From: Phoronis australis
Taxonomy: Eukaryota > Animalia > Phoronida
NCBI GenBank assembly: GCA_002633005.1
Contig: NMRA01000006.1
Coordinates: 1,835,742-1,899,741, forward strand
Length of the DNA stretch: 64,000 nt
Direction: 5' to 3'
How positions within the stretch are numbered: position 1 is the stretch's first letter; each line of letters begins with the position of its first letter. The position numbers were made by a program, and so were the translations under genes. The notes below the pieces were generated by a model, which ran no database searches, was not told the origin of the DNA, and worked only from the letters and a program-made list of their open reading frames with translations. This document shows, piece by piece, positions 26,999 through 41,829 of the stretch.

Positions 26999-29900
26999 TT
27001 ATTGCAGTAAGGGTTCCATCACCTTGGTGATCTCAGCTATGCGTGGTGACATGGCTTTGTATTTGTCCAGCTCCACACCCATTACACATGCAAGGTCAGT
27101 GACCTGTAGGATGATGAAATATGACAAAGTCGTGTTAACACAAAATGTGAAGATAATTCACTGTAGGCACGCACGTTACAGGCAGGTGCTGAGGCTAGGG
27201 GCTCATTATCACCTTACTAGCTGAAGAAATTAATTCAGTCAAGTGTTTCAGTCAATGAGGCCTTGCCATGTATAACTAATATTGACCATTAATCACAGAC
27301 AGGCATGCAGGGAACTATTTTCAGTGACACTGATAGGAAATTATTAATGAGGAGCTGTGTCTCAGACAACACGCCGTCATCTGATTTCAAAGTCATGACA
27401 AGTAAAAAGATCAAGCCAGCTCTGTACTTAGACAAAACATGGGTTGACATGCAAGGCAGTCTCCAAATAAAGTGTATGTCCAGTTACTTGTAGTCAATAG
27501 CCAAATCCCAGTGAGGATGAACAGCTGCCAGTGTTCGGCTTAGAAGGACGAGTCATGCATTCTAGAATTATACTTGATCGAAAACTGTCAAAAAATTCTC
27601 ACACTCGATGCAACCCATTGCACGACAACAAATCTTTAGGGGTTAGAAAAGACAAATTTTGCTGAGTTCAAAGAGGCATTTTGTCACTGTTTAATTGTCA
27701 ATGTCGAACTCCTAACTGAAGTTTGAAAAAATTACCGTGCTCATCCGATCTGAAATCATAACTGAAGAGTTAACAACTCATCACAGGCGATGCGTACATG
27801 CACTATTTTTGTGCAATTTTATGGTTGGCCAACCTCAATGAACTCTGAAGCATTTTCTTGCATCAGTAAAGGTTTCAGTGTTCTTATTAGTAATGAAAAT
27901 AGATTCCTATCACACTAAGGCATATCAAGAGTCTGATTTTATGAGAGTAAAAGGGCCAATTCAATTTTTCTTTTTAGCCAGCCAACTTTCATGAAATACA
28001 GCTTCAATGTGTCAACAAAAGGCAAATACAATGAGATTGGAAGGAATATTTTGTTGGATCACCACGCACCTCTTGATTTTCAGACATCAGTGTCTTCAGT
28101 GCAGACAGGCAGTGATGAGCAGTCTTCTCTGGTAGATCACTCATTAAACACTGCAGTACTGCACTGCCAATTTCAACCGCTGTGTCATCCGTCACCTAAA
28201 ATTAATGAAGTAATAAAAGAACGATGGCTAATTAACCACATTGTAAAAACAACAACAAAAGTAGATTTGAGGCTGCTTCTTGTGAATGTAACACAACAAA
28301 ATTTAATGCAGGATTTTTTCCTTAATTCAAGATTTCAACAAAACCTCTTTCAAATAGACAGTTACCACAGGTATAAATCATGACTTTCAGCCAAAAGGTC
28401 AGCGAGCAGGCCCTGACATTGTCCAGAATACTCCTTAAATTAGAAGGGCTGCAATGAAAACCCCTTTCGTACCTTATACTGAGTGACATTGTAGCTCAAC
28501 GTTGCACCCGCTTCCCGAACTTCGCAATTTTCTTGCAGCAAACAGAAGACACAGCACCCCCCTGTCACCATACGATTAGTGACCGGCAGAGACTCCATGG
28601 TGAACTCTTCACGACTCAACAGCCAATCAACTCCCTTCTGGCTCTGGCAACAGTTTGACAGCTGGAAAGAACATAGACAATCCACATATAGTGTTTTAGT
28701 TTCAATTCGAAGATTTCATCGATGGCACTGATGTCATTTTCCAAGTGCATTCTGGGGCGGTTGTCTACTCGTAAACATCTGGTGACATCACAGATAACTT
28801 GCAGACATGCTATCTGACTTATAATTTGCACCTTAGGTGGCATTTCAGGTAATTTCAGCATAATCCAATAGCACATGCCTACAGAGTCTCATACAAAAGA
28901 TTTGGTAATCCATTAATTTGATGCATTTTGAGACTCACTTTCAAGCTTTTAATTTTGCATGATTGCTTACTTGTATTTGCACCAAAGAGCACATTGACTT
29001 CGACTGTATTTTCAATCGTTACATGCCCAAAAGACAAGTGTTGGTTTTCGTCTAATAATTTGCATGTAACGAAGTAATCTGTGATGTTACCTGAGATTTA
29101 CAAGCCAAAAACTGTCCCACTATGCATTTGAAAAACAACTGCAGTGGAAGGAGATGAAATCCTCCAAATTGGTAACTGATTTTTTCTGAATAGCAATGAA
29201 TATGACAGGCTCTAGTGCAAAGCACACACACAAGACAAAACTGTCCACTAAATATTCAAGCGTCTACTAGCAAATGTAAACACAGATTACTAAAATGTTT
29301 ATAGCAAATTGATAGATGATATACCTTGTTGTAAATGAGTATGAGATCATGCACATGGATTTATGCTATGAAAATCAATAACAATAAAAATATCCCTATT
29401 ACTTTTATTGCATTTCTTTGTTGTCTTTATATTAACAACTATTATTCTGCGCAGGTGTGGATCCAGGGGGTCTGAGAATGTGCAGGTAAAGTGAGCACAC
29501 GTTGTATTCCTCTACTACTTTTAATAAAAATGTGGATGAACAGGTCAGGTCTCGACCCTTTTGACATCCATCTGCATCTCACTGGGACCTTCCACAAACA
29601 CTCCGCCCCAAATAAAGGCACGTGTGCTTATAATAGGGAATATTCTTCAAACATACAATAGGCGACAGTTAAATTTCACTGCAGCTCGAAGGCTACTCCC
29701 AAAGGTAACTATGTTGGTAAGTGTCAAAGGAAAACAAGGCTCAAAGAGAAACAGGACAAAGTTTCCTTCACCACCTTATAAACTAAACTTAACTAATGGT
29801 GTCATTGGTACACAAAATCCTTATTCTATGTTGACGACGCTATTGTCAGTGACCAAGGAACATGAGCTGTCTACAAAAAGGGAACTATAAGTTCTCCGAT

Positions 29901-32900
29901 TCAGTGCCGTGTTGTTGACACATTTTCCATTACTAGGCCCTCTTACCGATTTTAAACCAGCACTTGTATTTGGGGTAATAGAAAGACAAAAATATGCAAT
30001 TTTCTGAATACCAGGAAAATCACAACAATCTTTTCAAGGGCGCTTATTGAAACATATCACCAGTACCATAGCAAGATGACAATGTGTCAGCCCACAAAAA
30101 CCAAAATCCACAACAGACTCCTGAGTATAAAACTTACAACTCTCACGACGCCAACTTGTTCGCCTCGCCGCAGCTGACTGATGTTGCAAGCGTATTCCAT
30201 TATGCCATGCATATTATAGTGTAGCATCATACTGACTATGTCCTCGTTTAGAACTAGTTGCTGCAGAATACCCAGCAGTTTTATCTTTTTGTCGCTCTCA
30301 ACACGATTGTTGAGTAGAAGGTTTTCTGCAACAAACGTATGAACAATAAACACGTAATAAATGTAGTTAGTTTTGTGTAGGAATTACCTTTTAACATGGC
30401 CTACAAATCTACATGGTATCCAGTGTTCGATGTTATTTAAAAGGAATTTAAAAGGCAGGATGATAATTATGAAGTTTTCAATACAAAAAAGAGCAATGCG
30501 GAGCATTGAAATGTATCAACGACAGATGATATGCTTCTAGGAGAGTTTATTAGTATCAATGAAATGACCATTAGATGGCGAAGAATACAACAAAGCACTC
30601 CAAAAATGAGTAGGAGTCGTCAGCACCTAAATAGAAAAAATAATTGCTAAATTTCACAGAACTCAGGCCTGTTACATACCTTGTCTCAAGTCTGATATTT
30701 CAAACTTAGATCCAGAATAAGAATCATTTTAATTCAAATCAATTAAACCTCGACAATGGAAATTTTAGAAGACATTGCAACAACCTCGATTCAACAGGTA
30801 AGCGATTGACAGAAATTTCTCAAAAAATGGGGAAAATCTAAAATAAAGTAGCAAAATTTTATTTAGAGGTACATAACATGGTTTAATAAATGTTATATGT
30901 TGACTATTATACAGACAATGCTATCAGAACTTACTTACCAATCAACTGTATGTGTGTCTTTCCCACAGACCACGAACATTGATCATTAGACACATATTCG
31001 CAGATTTCTTGTAATCTTTTTTTATCACCTTCACTATCGGTCGCTGTATCCTTTAGGGATGAGAATTCTACCTGGTAATTTAAAATCATAATTTACAAAA
31101 AAAAAACAACATTACGTTGTCGGAGACATTCAGACAGCTCCTATGGTCATAAATATGGGCTAAAATAGTGCTTCACAAGGACAGAAATTCCTCACAAAAA
31201 TGATTGGTGAAATGGTAATAGTTCTATTTTTTATGCAATAATAAAGGAACCTTCACCAAATGTTCCTTACGACATTGATACAATACAGACCAAGCAAATA
31301 TCAGACTGAAATTTTCTTCATTTAATCTCAATTTTTGTTCAGAAATTGGCAATGGAATTTCATTTGTTTGCCATAATTTGTGCTAAACAAGAAAAGAATT
31401 GTTCATTCACATGATTCAGCTGACAATCTGAAAATAATTCCATACAGTAAATGCCAAAGGCAATTAGATAAAAATATTTTTTCAATCATGACTGCTCAAC
31501 AATGACACACCATGACCAACCACAATGAGTCAATCTAAATATCCTGAAGAAGAATTGCACTTGTACTGAAGCATCATGAAAGGAAATTCCGCCAGCGCTC
31601 AGCCATCATGGCTGGGAATTCCGAGTCATTTTATCAAATGGCGATTGACATTAACCTACAACACGTAGTACAGGATAGTAGGATAGTTCATTATTAATGA
31701 AACAACAAGATAAAGTTATGACGCAGAGGGTGTAAGTATTACAGTAATAATTTTTACAAATAAATACCTTAGGATCAGTAAATGTGACTATAGATGGACT
31801 ACTCGGCTTTGTGTCATCAGATTTTGAATGGTTGTCTACAGACGAGGAAGCAGCCTCTGTGCTCGGTGGTTGATCCACATTGTTCTGCAGATAAGAGCAA
31901 AACACGAGGGTAGTTGACATCACTGCATCGCATCAGAAATTTCGTCAGTAGATTTGAACAAGAACCGCTGGCGCAACCAATTCTCTTGATGACTATCACT
32001 GGTCTAAATTCTTTTTGTGCGGAGCAGGACAATTACCAAAGTAGCAATGACTTGTGACAATAAAACACTGGCTGACATAAATTGCAAATCGTACGATGAA
32101 ACTTGTAATTTTTTAACTATTTGGGTTCTGAAATGTTAAATTAGGATTTCCCAAACGAAATACAATAAAAATTAGCCAAAAACGATGTGATTGGATTTGG
32201 TTTCTTGATCAGAATTTTGATCACCTTAATGTAATCATTGTGGTGTGGATAATTGGCGTGCGAGTCATGATGCGAGACAAAAGACTGCGCAAACGCATGG
32301 ACTAGGTTGATATCTGGATTTGGAAAATGCTATCGTCTAGAGTTGAAACTGAACAAGAGATATTTGTAAACCATTGTTTCTGTTTAAAATTGGCTGAGAC
32401 ACCTGACTGATCTATAAGCCAGAATTCGTCATAAAAAAATAATCAAATGCCTTAGTCAGTTCACCCGACTGAACCGGCGTATTAAATTCAAGTGCTGCCA
32501 TTGCATTTTCTGCTTGAAAAGGGATTTCACACCCAACTTCCTAATTTCCATTTGACTGACAATTTGACTGACATGTAACTGTGTCTGAAAGTGGTACAAG
32601 GGCAGTCCATCAAAAACAATATATTCATGGTGTGTTCATGAAGGATCAGGAACTGAGACAGCCATTTGATCCTGGAACCATAACCACCTGACCTGAAACC
32701 GTTATCAACCCGACAATGTAATTAACCAATGGCACCATACCTGATTGTTAGCGTTTGTATTTCCTCCAAACATTGGATGCCCTTGGCCATGTGACATGCT
32801 GTCTATGAACGTTTTCAACATGGCCCCCATTGGTCTGAAATGCAACGAAACGAGTTAGTTCACACTGTCTTCCAATAGGGGCTACGTATCTGGACATTCA

Positions 32901-35900
32901 CTGCATGTTAACTACATTTTTCATAATGGTCTTCTTGCAAAACTCAAAGTCATCAACTTAGAACTGGCTACTGCAGAAAAATCAACACAAACGTCATTTA
33001 CTTTATGATAGAATTTATAGTACTTATAGCCTCATTTAAACAACCAGTTAATGTAGAGAAATCAAACATGGACGTATTCATGAGAGTCTACCGAAAGAGT
33101 ATCATACATACACACATATTCAGTATGTTATTGCAAGGACACTGGCTCCAATAAAATGCACAATGGTCTATGATAGATGTTAGCCGACATCCATTTTCTG
33201 TCATATCACATTAGCATACTCATGAAGCTCAATCATTTAGCGATGACTGTAGTCAATCATTTAGTGATGACTGTAGTCAGTCTATTTTCTTGAGACCTTG
33301 CGTCACACAGAACAAAAAAGCAAAAATTGTATAAATTACAAGAAGATGAATTATATAAAAATGTATTACAAACCCAATGTTTCTAGCACTGATCTTTCTC
33401 AAAACATATGTGACACGCTTTTAGAAAGAGCAATATTGACGTTCGACTTATCATAATATATAAGGTATTATTTAGTTTTTATTGTTCGTAAAGGCAATGG
33501 GTTGAACATCTCTAATCGAAGAAGAAAAGGATGATTGACTTTTCAAAAGTTGTTAGCTGAAAAAAGCATGTAACAGGAATCCGACCAACTCTCACCAATT
33601 TGAGACAAACATAATTGCCAACATCGCTTTTTTTCATTTTTCAAAGGCTTTGAGCATTGTGAATACTAACAACTTCCCAAAACATTCATGGTCTGATGGT
33701 AGTTACGGCTATTCATCTTTTATGAAAAAAATTAAAAAATATAAAAATTTACGTGTCCGTCATATCTTATCGCAAACCAGTGACATTTTATCCTACTCAC
33801 GTCTGAAGTACTTCTGCTGGTAAATTAGTTATGTAACTGGGAATGTCTTGTCCAGTTAGGAATTGCGCCACTTCTGAACTGAAGTTGTTACAGTTATGTT
33901 CAAGTAAATGATAACTGGATGGTCTGTAAGAGGAGAAATAAAATTAAACGATATCATAATCCAATTACTTTCGCTTGGATACAAACAAACTTCAAAAGGT
34001 TGACGGCTCTAGTAATAATTCCTTCATTTAGGACAACTTCAGTTCTTCACGACTGAAACTTGCTTTAAAAGATATTTCCTCACCAATTTTATTTCAATAA
34101 CAGAAGGGTACCTTCCTATCAAAAACATTTTAGCAGTCTTAGACAGTTCATAACTTTTTAATGGTCCTAGATAAAAATTGGAAAGGACCTGCCATTAAAG
34201 AATTCTTACAATAACTTGATCAGACACGACAGGTGCTGTCAGGTCATGTGATACTCAACTCCAATGAATAACCAAAATACAGAGGAAAATATAGTCTGGA
34301 CACTTTCAGAAAGCAACGTTTGATTTCTCACGAACTTCATAAAAGAATCCATCCATCTCCAAATAAAATACTTACTTGAAAGATGTTTGTGACAATTCAA
34401 ACAGGTAATCTGAGAACATGTCAAAGGGAATCTGAGTGTTGCCCAAGTTCACTATTGTGTCAGGGGGTCCCAGTATTGTGCCAGACTGAAAGTAACATGG
34501 CATACAATATGCAACATTGATGCATGAATATCATAATCAACAATATCAACATCTTATATCAAATGATACCCTGCAGAAGAAATATCTAAAATTAAATGAA
34601 TATCTTTACTACTATAGTCATAACCAAATGTAGGTGCATAAACCTACATACAAAACATTTTGAGTAAAACCAAACAGCACCATTAATATCAAAACACCTC
34701 ACGCAGACATAATCTCCGCGTCACGAACGAGAACCAAATTTTCCACTTAGAACACTTCCCACTATAAACTTGACCTCAATTTGTTCCCAGCTCAGACGAG
34801 AAGCAATTTATGGGTTTGCAAAGACTTGATAATTGATTATTCTATAGATGCTTGGTGCATAAAATGGCACCCAATGACAAGACAATCAGTAAAGCCTAAT
34901 TTAGACCCATAATGAACTGCTAGTTTTTTTGAAGCCCCGAATTGACTAAGGAAGAATTTGAGTCCAATTCAAGTTATTTTTTCACGGAAGGCAGGTTTTT
35001 AGTCACTCAAGTTTGATGTTTTTCGTCATTACGGTATAATAATTCCAGCACATTTTAAATTTTGAGATTAAACCCTGTATTGACAAATAGTAGTGAGCTT
35101 GTACCGCAGACCAGCATTTGCAAATTTAAGCTTATTGGCCTATATGAGAAACACAAAAACGTTTTTCACAGTGATTTCACTTAGGCATGTTCTAAAATGT
35201 GGGCATTTTGGGTAATACCGTCCTTTTCATCAATAGTTAGGAACTAATTTTATCAAATTCATACAATGAGTTTGTAGTCCTTAAATAATTATTGTCATAA
35301 GAACCAACAGAACAAAGTGGTGAAATATCAAACAGACTTTCATTTGAAATCGCATCTACAGTACATGTTTTACAGTATCAACAATTACCAACATAGTAAA
35401 CTTGCTTGAAGTAAATTTTATTGAGAATTATGACTGCAAGAAAAATAATTACACTCACTGGAGGACAGTTGTTGATTCCATCACCTCCGAAGAAAAACTC
35501 TTGGCCAAAAGCGACAATTCCAGTGTGCCACACACCATCAATCTGTTTGCCTGAACAATTTAGAAACAACACAAGAATGAACCACAACTCCAGTACAACA
35601 AACCTTTAATGAAGTGTTACTTTTGTGACACAGATTATTAAATTGAGAAACATGACCAATGAGTTACAAGTACATGTAATTCTTCACTAATTTAACATAC
35701 AACATGGTGAACTAGTGAAGTTTTATTTTGTCAAATTAATCAACAAAAATAAAGATTATGAAAATTCAAGCCTAACATTTGCTTGGTCGGTAAAGTAATA
35801 GTTGTCGTAAGAAAATCTTGTAGATTCCATTACTCATATTATGCTCACCAGCCTTAGAAAAATAGACACAGATGATTTTACCAATTACTTTTGTGCAAAA

Positions 35901-37178
35901 TAAAATAAGTTTTTTCAGTTTTTGAAACATTTATTTAATCATTCTCACAGGCAAATATAAACACCCAGTAAAGGTGAGTCGGAATGATTACGAAATATAC
36001 ATCGATATTAACTGTTTTCCCATTCGCTCACATTCACCCTAGGTCATACAGTATTTTCAGACTACATAATCATAAACAAAGGCTGTTCCTTCCCTAGAAC
36101 ATGGTAAGTCATCTGATTACAATGAAAAAATGCAAAACCAAAAATTTCAAGTGAAAACACCAGAAGCTTTAGTGGGATAACTAACACGGCCACCAAAGCA
36201 CCATCTTGTCTTGACTAGGCTATATCACGGGGGGTGGCAAACAAAGTAAAGAGTGAACTGGAAATTGACATATTGCTCAAATGCTATCCTTAGTCAGGGC
36301 TAGGCTATTCAGAACCCATAGGGAGTAATAAATTATCTTCTCAGCCAGGACCATAATCCATGGAGAAGGCGCCAACCTGGTGGTGGTGGATCCAGAACAC
36401 AAACATTGTTGCAGAGGACAAATTCCATAACATGGGTGAGTGGTGCTGAGGGCAATTGGTGAGGGTGATGCTGAGATGTGTAGCCAAGAGGTGTGCCCAT
36501 TCTGCAGAAGGAGTGTGGTATCACACGACGTCCGGGCACAATAGTCTGATCAAACCTCTTCAAGCCCCTAGCTATGCGGCAGTTGCCTCCCAGTATTAGC
36601 CGAACAGCGTGGTTGTTTGACTCTCACGCTGCATGGGAACCCCGGTTCAAGTCTCAGTGTCCATGGATTTTTCAATTTAGAATATGACAACAGACTCTTG
36701 CAAGGCACAAAATACAATATCTGCATTGTGTGCCCGATTGGAGAAGGCATTACCTGATTTAGAGAACAAGTTTCATCCACTGTCACGTGATTGTGAAGTG
36801 AATAACAGGCAAATTATTCAGTGATAGTCTGGGGTTCTCTAAACCAGAGACCAGTAAATACTAGTAATCAGATATAAAATGCCCAGATTTTGAGAAAAAA
36901 AATACTCCACTGAATAATGTTGATCAAACTGGTGATCAAAATGTGGGCATCTTATATTTGATTATTGCCCAGGGACCGCTAATAACTTCGTCAGAATGAC
37001 ACTCAAGCTGAAGTCTCAGCCTCAGCCCAGGCAACTGCACCGAGACTGACTGCGGACTGACTTACAGAGCACATTCAAAACATCAATATTCATCATTACC
37101 AATTAAAGCCCTCGACATGGTCCTTGCCAGGCCCTTAGAAATGTCGTATATATACACTTTCACTGGAGTTTCACTCAT
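26999..37178 (-). CDS. DESI1: Desumoylating isopeptidase 1 (PPPDE/C97 peptidase) with a C-terminal PUL-like helical extension; exons 37100-37178, 35459-35550, 34376-34485, 33801-33923, 32741-32834, 31768-31884, 30939-31071, 30138-30325, 28473-28661, 28070-28195, 26999-27103
   Basis: Spliced translation begins [52 protein letters not shown]...GTILGPPD...[41 protein letters not shown]. It contains the PPPDE catalytic His (WHT) and Cys (NCNNFS). All 11 exons are GT-AG and phase-consistent, total 1356 nt (451 aa), ending MEPLLQ*. Confidence 0.95.
36586..36662 (+). other. tRNA-derived fragment (SINE head) in DESI1 intron 1, antisense to the gene
   Basis: TAGCCGAACAG (A-box-like), GACTCTCACG (anticodon-arm-like) and CCCGGTTCAAGTCT (B-box-like, 36644-36654) at tRNA-like spacing. 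Confidence 0.4.
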
Positions 37179-37385
37179 TTTTGGTGCGTAACACAGCTAC
37201 ATGGACTACCAAAGATGCAAGTCACTGGCTGACAGCCCAAATCACAAACACTACGTCCGTAAAGAGGTCACATTAGTCGTAAAACCGGAAACGTATGCAT
37301 CGAGAGCCACCTTGTGGCAATGTTGGAGCGCTAGCAGACGGAAATTTCTCTATTTCGCATCGAAAAATCACTATTTACGGTACGT
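37179..37385. promoter_or_regulatory. CpG-enriched DESI1 promoter, possibly bidirectional
   Basis: Lies immediately upstream of the DESI1 ATG, with local CpG enrichment, ETS-like CCGGAAA (~37286) and ACGGAAAT (~37338), and a + strand donor-like ACG|GTACGT at 37380. Confidence 0.5.
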
Positions 37386-40300
37386 ATTAGCGCAAGACAC
37401 TGATCTTTAATATTGAAGCGTAGTCTGTGTCTATTATGCTTTTTGATTTTAGAAACTAGTCTGTGCAGGCTTACATTAGTACTGTGCCAGTTGGTGTTTT
37501 TTACTCCATCGGCACCTCACACAGTCGCATTCACGTGTTCACAATCACATTCAGCATAAAAAAATTGTAGTGCTAGCCCACTGCAGACCCTCACACGGAA
37601 TTCATTGTCTAATAACACTACGTACTTCTTCTGAAAATAGCCACCAGTGTTCTACAGCTTTGTACCAAAAACGTAACACTTGTCTGCCATGTGTCCTAGT
37701 AGTATACTATTACTATCGGGTGAGGATTTTGCCGTGTGTCAGTAACTTAAGCAATGGCCAAGAAGGCAAGAAGAGATTTAGCCCAAAATTATACATTTTT
37801 AGAATTAATAAAAGTAAAAATGTTGAAATAAAAAAATAAAAAATCCACTTTCCAGAGATTAATTGTCATGCTTATGAATGATACCTGATCTAAAACTAGC
37901 CTTGGCCCTATAACATTTTAAACTCAGCTTCACTTTTTATAAAATTTTATATTCATTACTCTAATCAGCTTTTAAAACATGAGTTTGAGCAATATTGTTA
38001 ACATTGGTTCAAGACCAATGGCCACATGACCACTGTAACTAAAACTGTAGTTAAATTATAACTTTTTCAATTCCATTGTGGCTATCCACTGGGCACATAT
38101 TTTAGAAACTTAAAGTAACTGTGGAAACGGTAACATGAACCACAGCCTGGAAAACTTGTTGGTGAATTTACTGCTGTGGTAGCTGAGTGTGTTGTATAAA
38201 CCTCAGGAATATTTCTTTGGGACTATTTATCAGTTGTGTTCTAAACATCACCACCATACCTTTACCTGGAGGCTATTTGCCATTTGATTGTGATGTTGCT
38301 TTGTACCGAAATAATCAAAACAGTTGTTTTCTTTACCAATGAGAACTCTGGTTTGTGTCATTGGATAAGCTATTACAAGTATACTACTTGACTTGTGTTT
38401 CTTTTGTTTGTTTATTGTAATTGGCGCTAAAACTGAATTGTCACCCACCTTGTCAGTCCAGCATCAGCAATCCAGGTACTACACTAGAGATATGGAGTGA
38501 TGCTTGGTGCTCCTGTGTCTTGGGACAGGTACAGTAGCACTTCACTTGTTTAGCATACAATATGCTGCAGGGCTGATAAGTGAAGCTTTGTTTAGAAAAA
38601 ATTCTCCGCAATAGTAAATATTAAGAACATTTTAATTTATTACAAGCAGTGTGTAGATGTCATAAACCATGTGCTAAAGTTCCCTTCATTTACAAAACGG
38701 TAGTCAGCCATTCAAAAATTACCATTTTGGCAATTTAAACTGGAGAGTTACAGTTAAAATACAATTTTGTGTAGTAGAAACAGGCTAAGTGTTCTTGGTA
38801 CTTCAACATGATAGAACATTATGAAGGGAAATGTCTGCGAATTAAATTTATTTAAAGATTTGCATTTAACGTTATATCGCTATGAATCCATGGTAAAATT
38901 TTTTGCACTGAAACTCTTAGTTTCGCTGGATTAATCTGGAAAACACGATTCATGACATGTGGTTTGTTGATTCAATTAAAATTCCAATGGTAATGTTTGG
39001 ATTAAAAAAGCACTGGTGCTGGTACATGTGTTGTACTGCACTGTCTGTGTTGTGTCAGTGCTAATAGGGGTGATGTAATTACTTTCTGGTATTCATAACG
39101 GAATTCTTTGGTGACACAACTGTTTGTGGAATTAATCATGTGTATTTTTTATGAAATATTTCTGGGATTTCAAAATGAACGAGAAGGGCACTGTTACTAT
39201 TTGTGCAGAACGCAATCAAGTTGTACCCTATCCTTTTAACCTGAGCCCAGAGACAGCCTATGATAATTCTTGACTTTTCGGCGTGTAATGGACTACATAT
39301 AATCAGGTGCAGAGAATGAGCTGAAACTTATATACTAGCAGCTTGTGTTAAAGGTCAATTCTTATTTCGTTTGGCTAGTTTGAGTCGTCTACCAATTTTG
39401 GACAAAAGTAATTTCAAGATTGCCATTTGCTCATTTTTCAAGAGCTTCTAACATGGTAGCCTCCTGTGTCTGCACAAATACGGTTTGTCATTATCCACTC
39501 CTGTAAATTTGATAGAGTGTTTTGCATTTTTCAGTGCATCAGGTGTTTGACTTATATAAAATGATAAAAATTCATCGAACATATAGTGATCTTAACGAAT
39601 TAAAGTACAAACTGAAAACTAATTCTTGAGTACCATATTATCGTCTTAACTGTTTCTGCTTAATTTAAAAGGATACTAAACCCTGCTTTGATGATTTCAA
39701 ACAATCCTCGTAGTTCCGTTTCTGTCTTTATTTTATCGTTGGTGTCAAAGACGTGAATCAACTAAAACTCATACTACTGGCATGTCACAGATTGGACACT
39801 ATGGCCCTGGGTGGGTGGTCTTTAACTACAGTTGCAGTCGTGTAACATGCTGTGAACAGTCCCACTAAATAAGATTGGTCCTAACCCCGGTCGTCAAGGT
39901 AAACAGTGGTGTATGGAAAAGTGAACTAGACCGTATTTATCCACCTTGGCTGAGTCACGCTCGGCTCACGATCAAAGGGATGCCGCCAAGCTGCTATATT
40001 CATCGAGTCACGAGCGAGGATAATTGGCTTCGCTCATGCGGATATGATCAGCTGATTACAATCTACCTAGCAGACTGTACTTTTTATGGAGAGAGTTACA
40101 AGTAGTTTTTACTGTAATATTTGAAAAGAGGAGCGAAAACAAATATGAGTACAACTTTGAATTTTTCAAATCAGCCCAGGATAAGAGATTTTGCATCACA
40201 GCAACACTCACGATTACTTTCAATCGGCGCGCACGAATACAAAAATATAGGACCCAAGTTATTTAGATTTTGGAACACATGCATTGCAATATTCAAAATA

Positions 40301-41819
40301 CGTTTATTATGAATCTTACAAGCTGTAAAACGACATTGTTTAATTTCATTGTGCTCATTCATTGTCATCCGTCAAATCGGCAATTTCCGAGATGTGATGT
40401 GCGGCGTGCGTGTATGTGTACAAAACATGTGATTGTTATGTTCCTGAAGTACGAAAATTCAGAAACTTTAGTATGCCGTTATTATTGACAGGGACACGAT
40501 AAAACGAATTTGGATTTTGACTATAGTCTTGATACAGCGAGATGGCTGACCACTGCGTCAGTGTCTCCATTAGACCCAGAAATTTCACACAGCCTGGGTA
40601 GTTCACTTCGTCCCCAACATGTAGATCGAGCCTTGGATTATTAATACTCCACGGTAGAGCTAACGACCGTCGGCCTGTGCACATAAAATCTGTGAGTTAA
40701 CCAGCACTCACCTTGCATGTTGCAGCCGTTTAAATGAAAAAACAATCTAGTAAACGCCATTTTCCTGCATAATCCTTCGCCTTTTGTAACAAAAAGTCTA
40801 TCGTTGATGACCCACACACGCACGCTCCGGCACTCACTCTCATACGCAGACAAACTTCAAAACAAACGTCTCATGACAACAACATGTGTGTTCATCCAGA
40901 GATTTTTCTCGTGTTGTGGGGTACGATGTAGCGCAGACTTTGCACTTAATCACAATTAATCTGGACTCCACATGAACTTTAAAAATTGTAAAACATAAGG
41001 AAGATTTCAGGTAATTTGTTGAGTCGAAACTATATTTTTATTCAAGAATTCAAGTTTTCCTATTGACGATTGCAATTCAGCGACGCATCAGTCGGCAAGT
41101 TTTCGCCCTGTGATGAGCACAATTTTTTGAAAAGTTATCGTAATTTAAGAGTAGAAAGACTGTCATAGGCTAAAAATACGTCACAGAGCGTAAATTTTAT
41201 CATCAGTCACTAAAAAGGGTAGGTCATCGTCGCTTACCAGTAGCCGCAGACGAAGGTCAGTTTGAAAATTTTCTTCTAAACTGTTTAGGGTTGTTGAAGG
41301 TTATAGAGTATTATTTTATTTCATATAACTGGATGAAAGTCATTTTTAGTATTAATAGGCCAAAACCGGGTTTCACTAATATGGCCGCTTTTCATAAAGA
41401 AGTTTTCGCAATATTACCAAATTTTAATTATGCTGTGATCTTAGTAGTTCCTGTTGGAAATAATAGTTATCTCAAAAGTAAACTTAATCTAGTTCATGTT
41501 TTGAATGTTAATTCAAGAGTTCAGTGAAGCGGAAATTTAAAGAACTCTCAACACTGAACTCATATATTGCCCTTCAGACTATTTTATCAGCCAACAATAT
41601 ATAGGCTGCAGCTCCTTTATCTTTTGAGATCGATCTCATTCTTTATCACCATAAATAAAAATGGAAACTAGTATTACACCTACATGAATGCCAGCCCACT
41701 GGATTTTGGACATTGCATCAAAAGAATGACTGGACAGTTGAATGGTCTACCCACTGACTAGTACTTATCACAAGTGCAAGTTGTCTTGAATGAGACACAT
41801 TCCTAACCCTGCTGAGCCC

Positions 41820-41829
41820 AGCCAATCAC
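41820..41829 (+). promoter_or_regulatory. CCAAT box (NF-Y consensus) upstream of the predicted first SUN coding exon
   Basis: AGCCAATCAC lies ~140 bp upstream of the ATG at 41966. That exon has no strong 3' splice site, consistent with a first exon. Confidence 0.4.

Noticed and set aside
33229-33282. 24-bp tandem duplication (similar small duplications at ~11238-11277 and ~17020-17150)
   Set aside because: Ordinary slippage-type intronic duplications with no sign of function.
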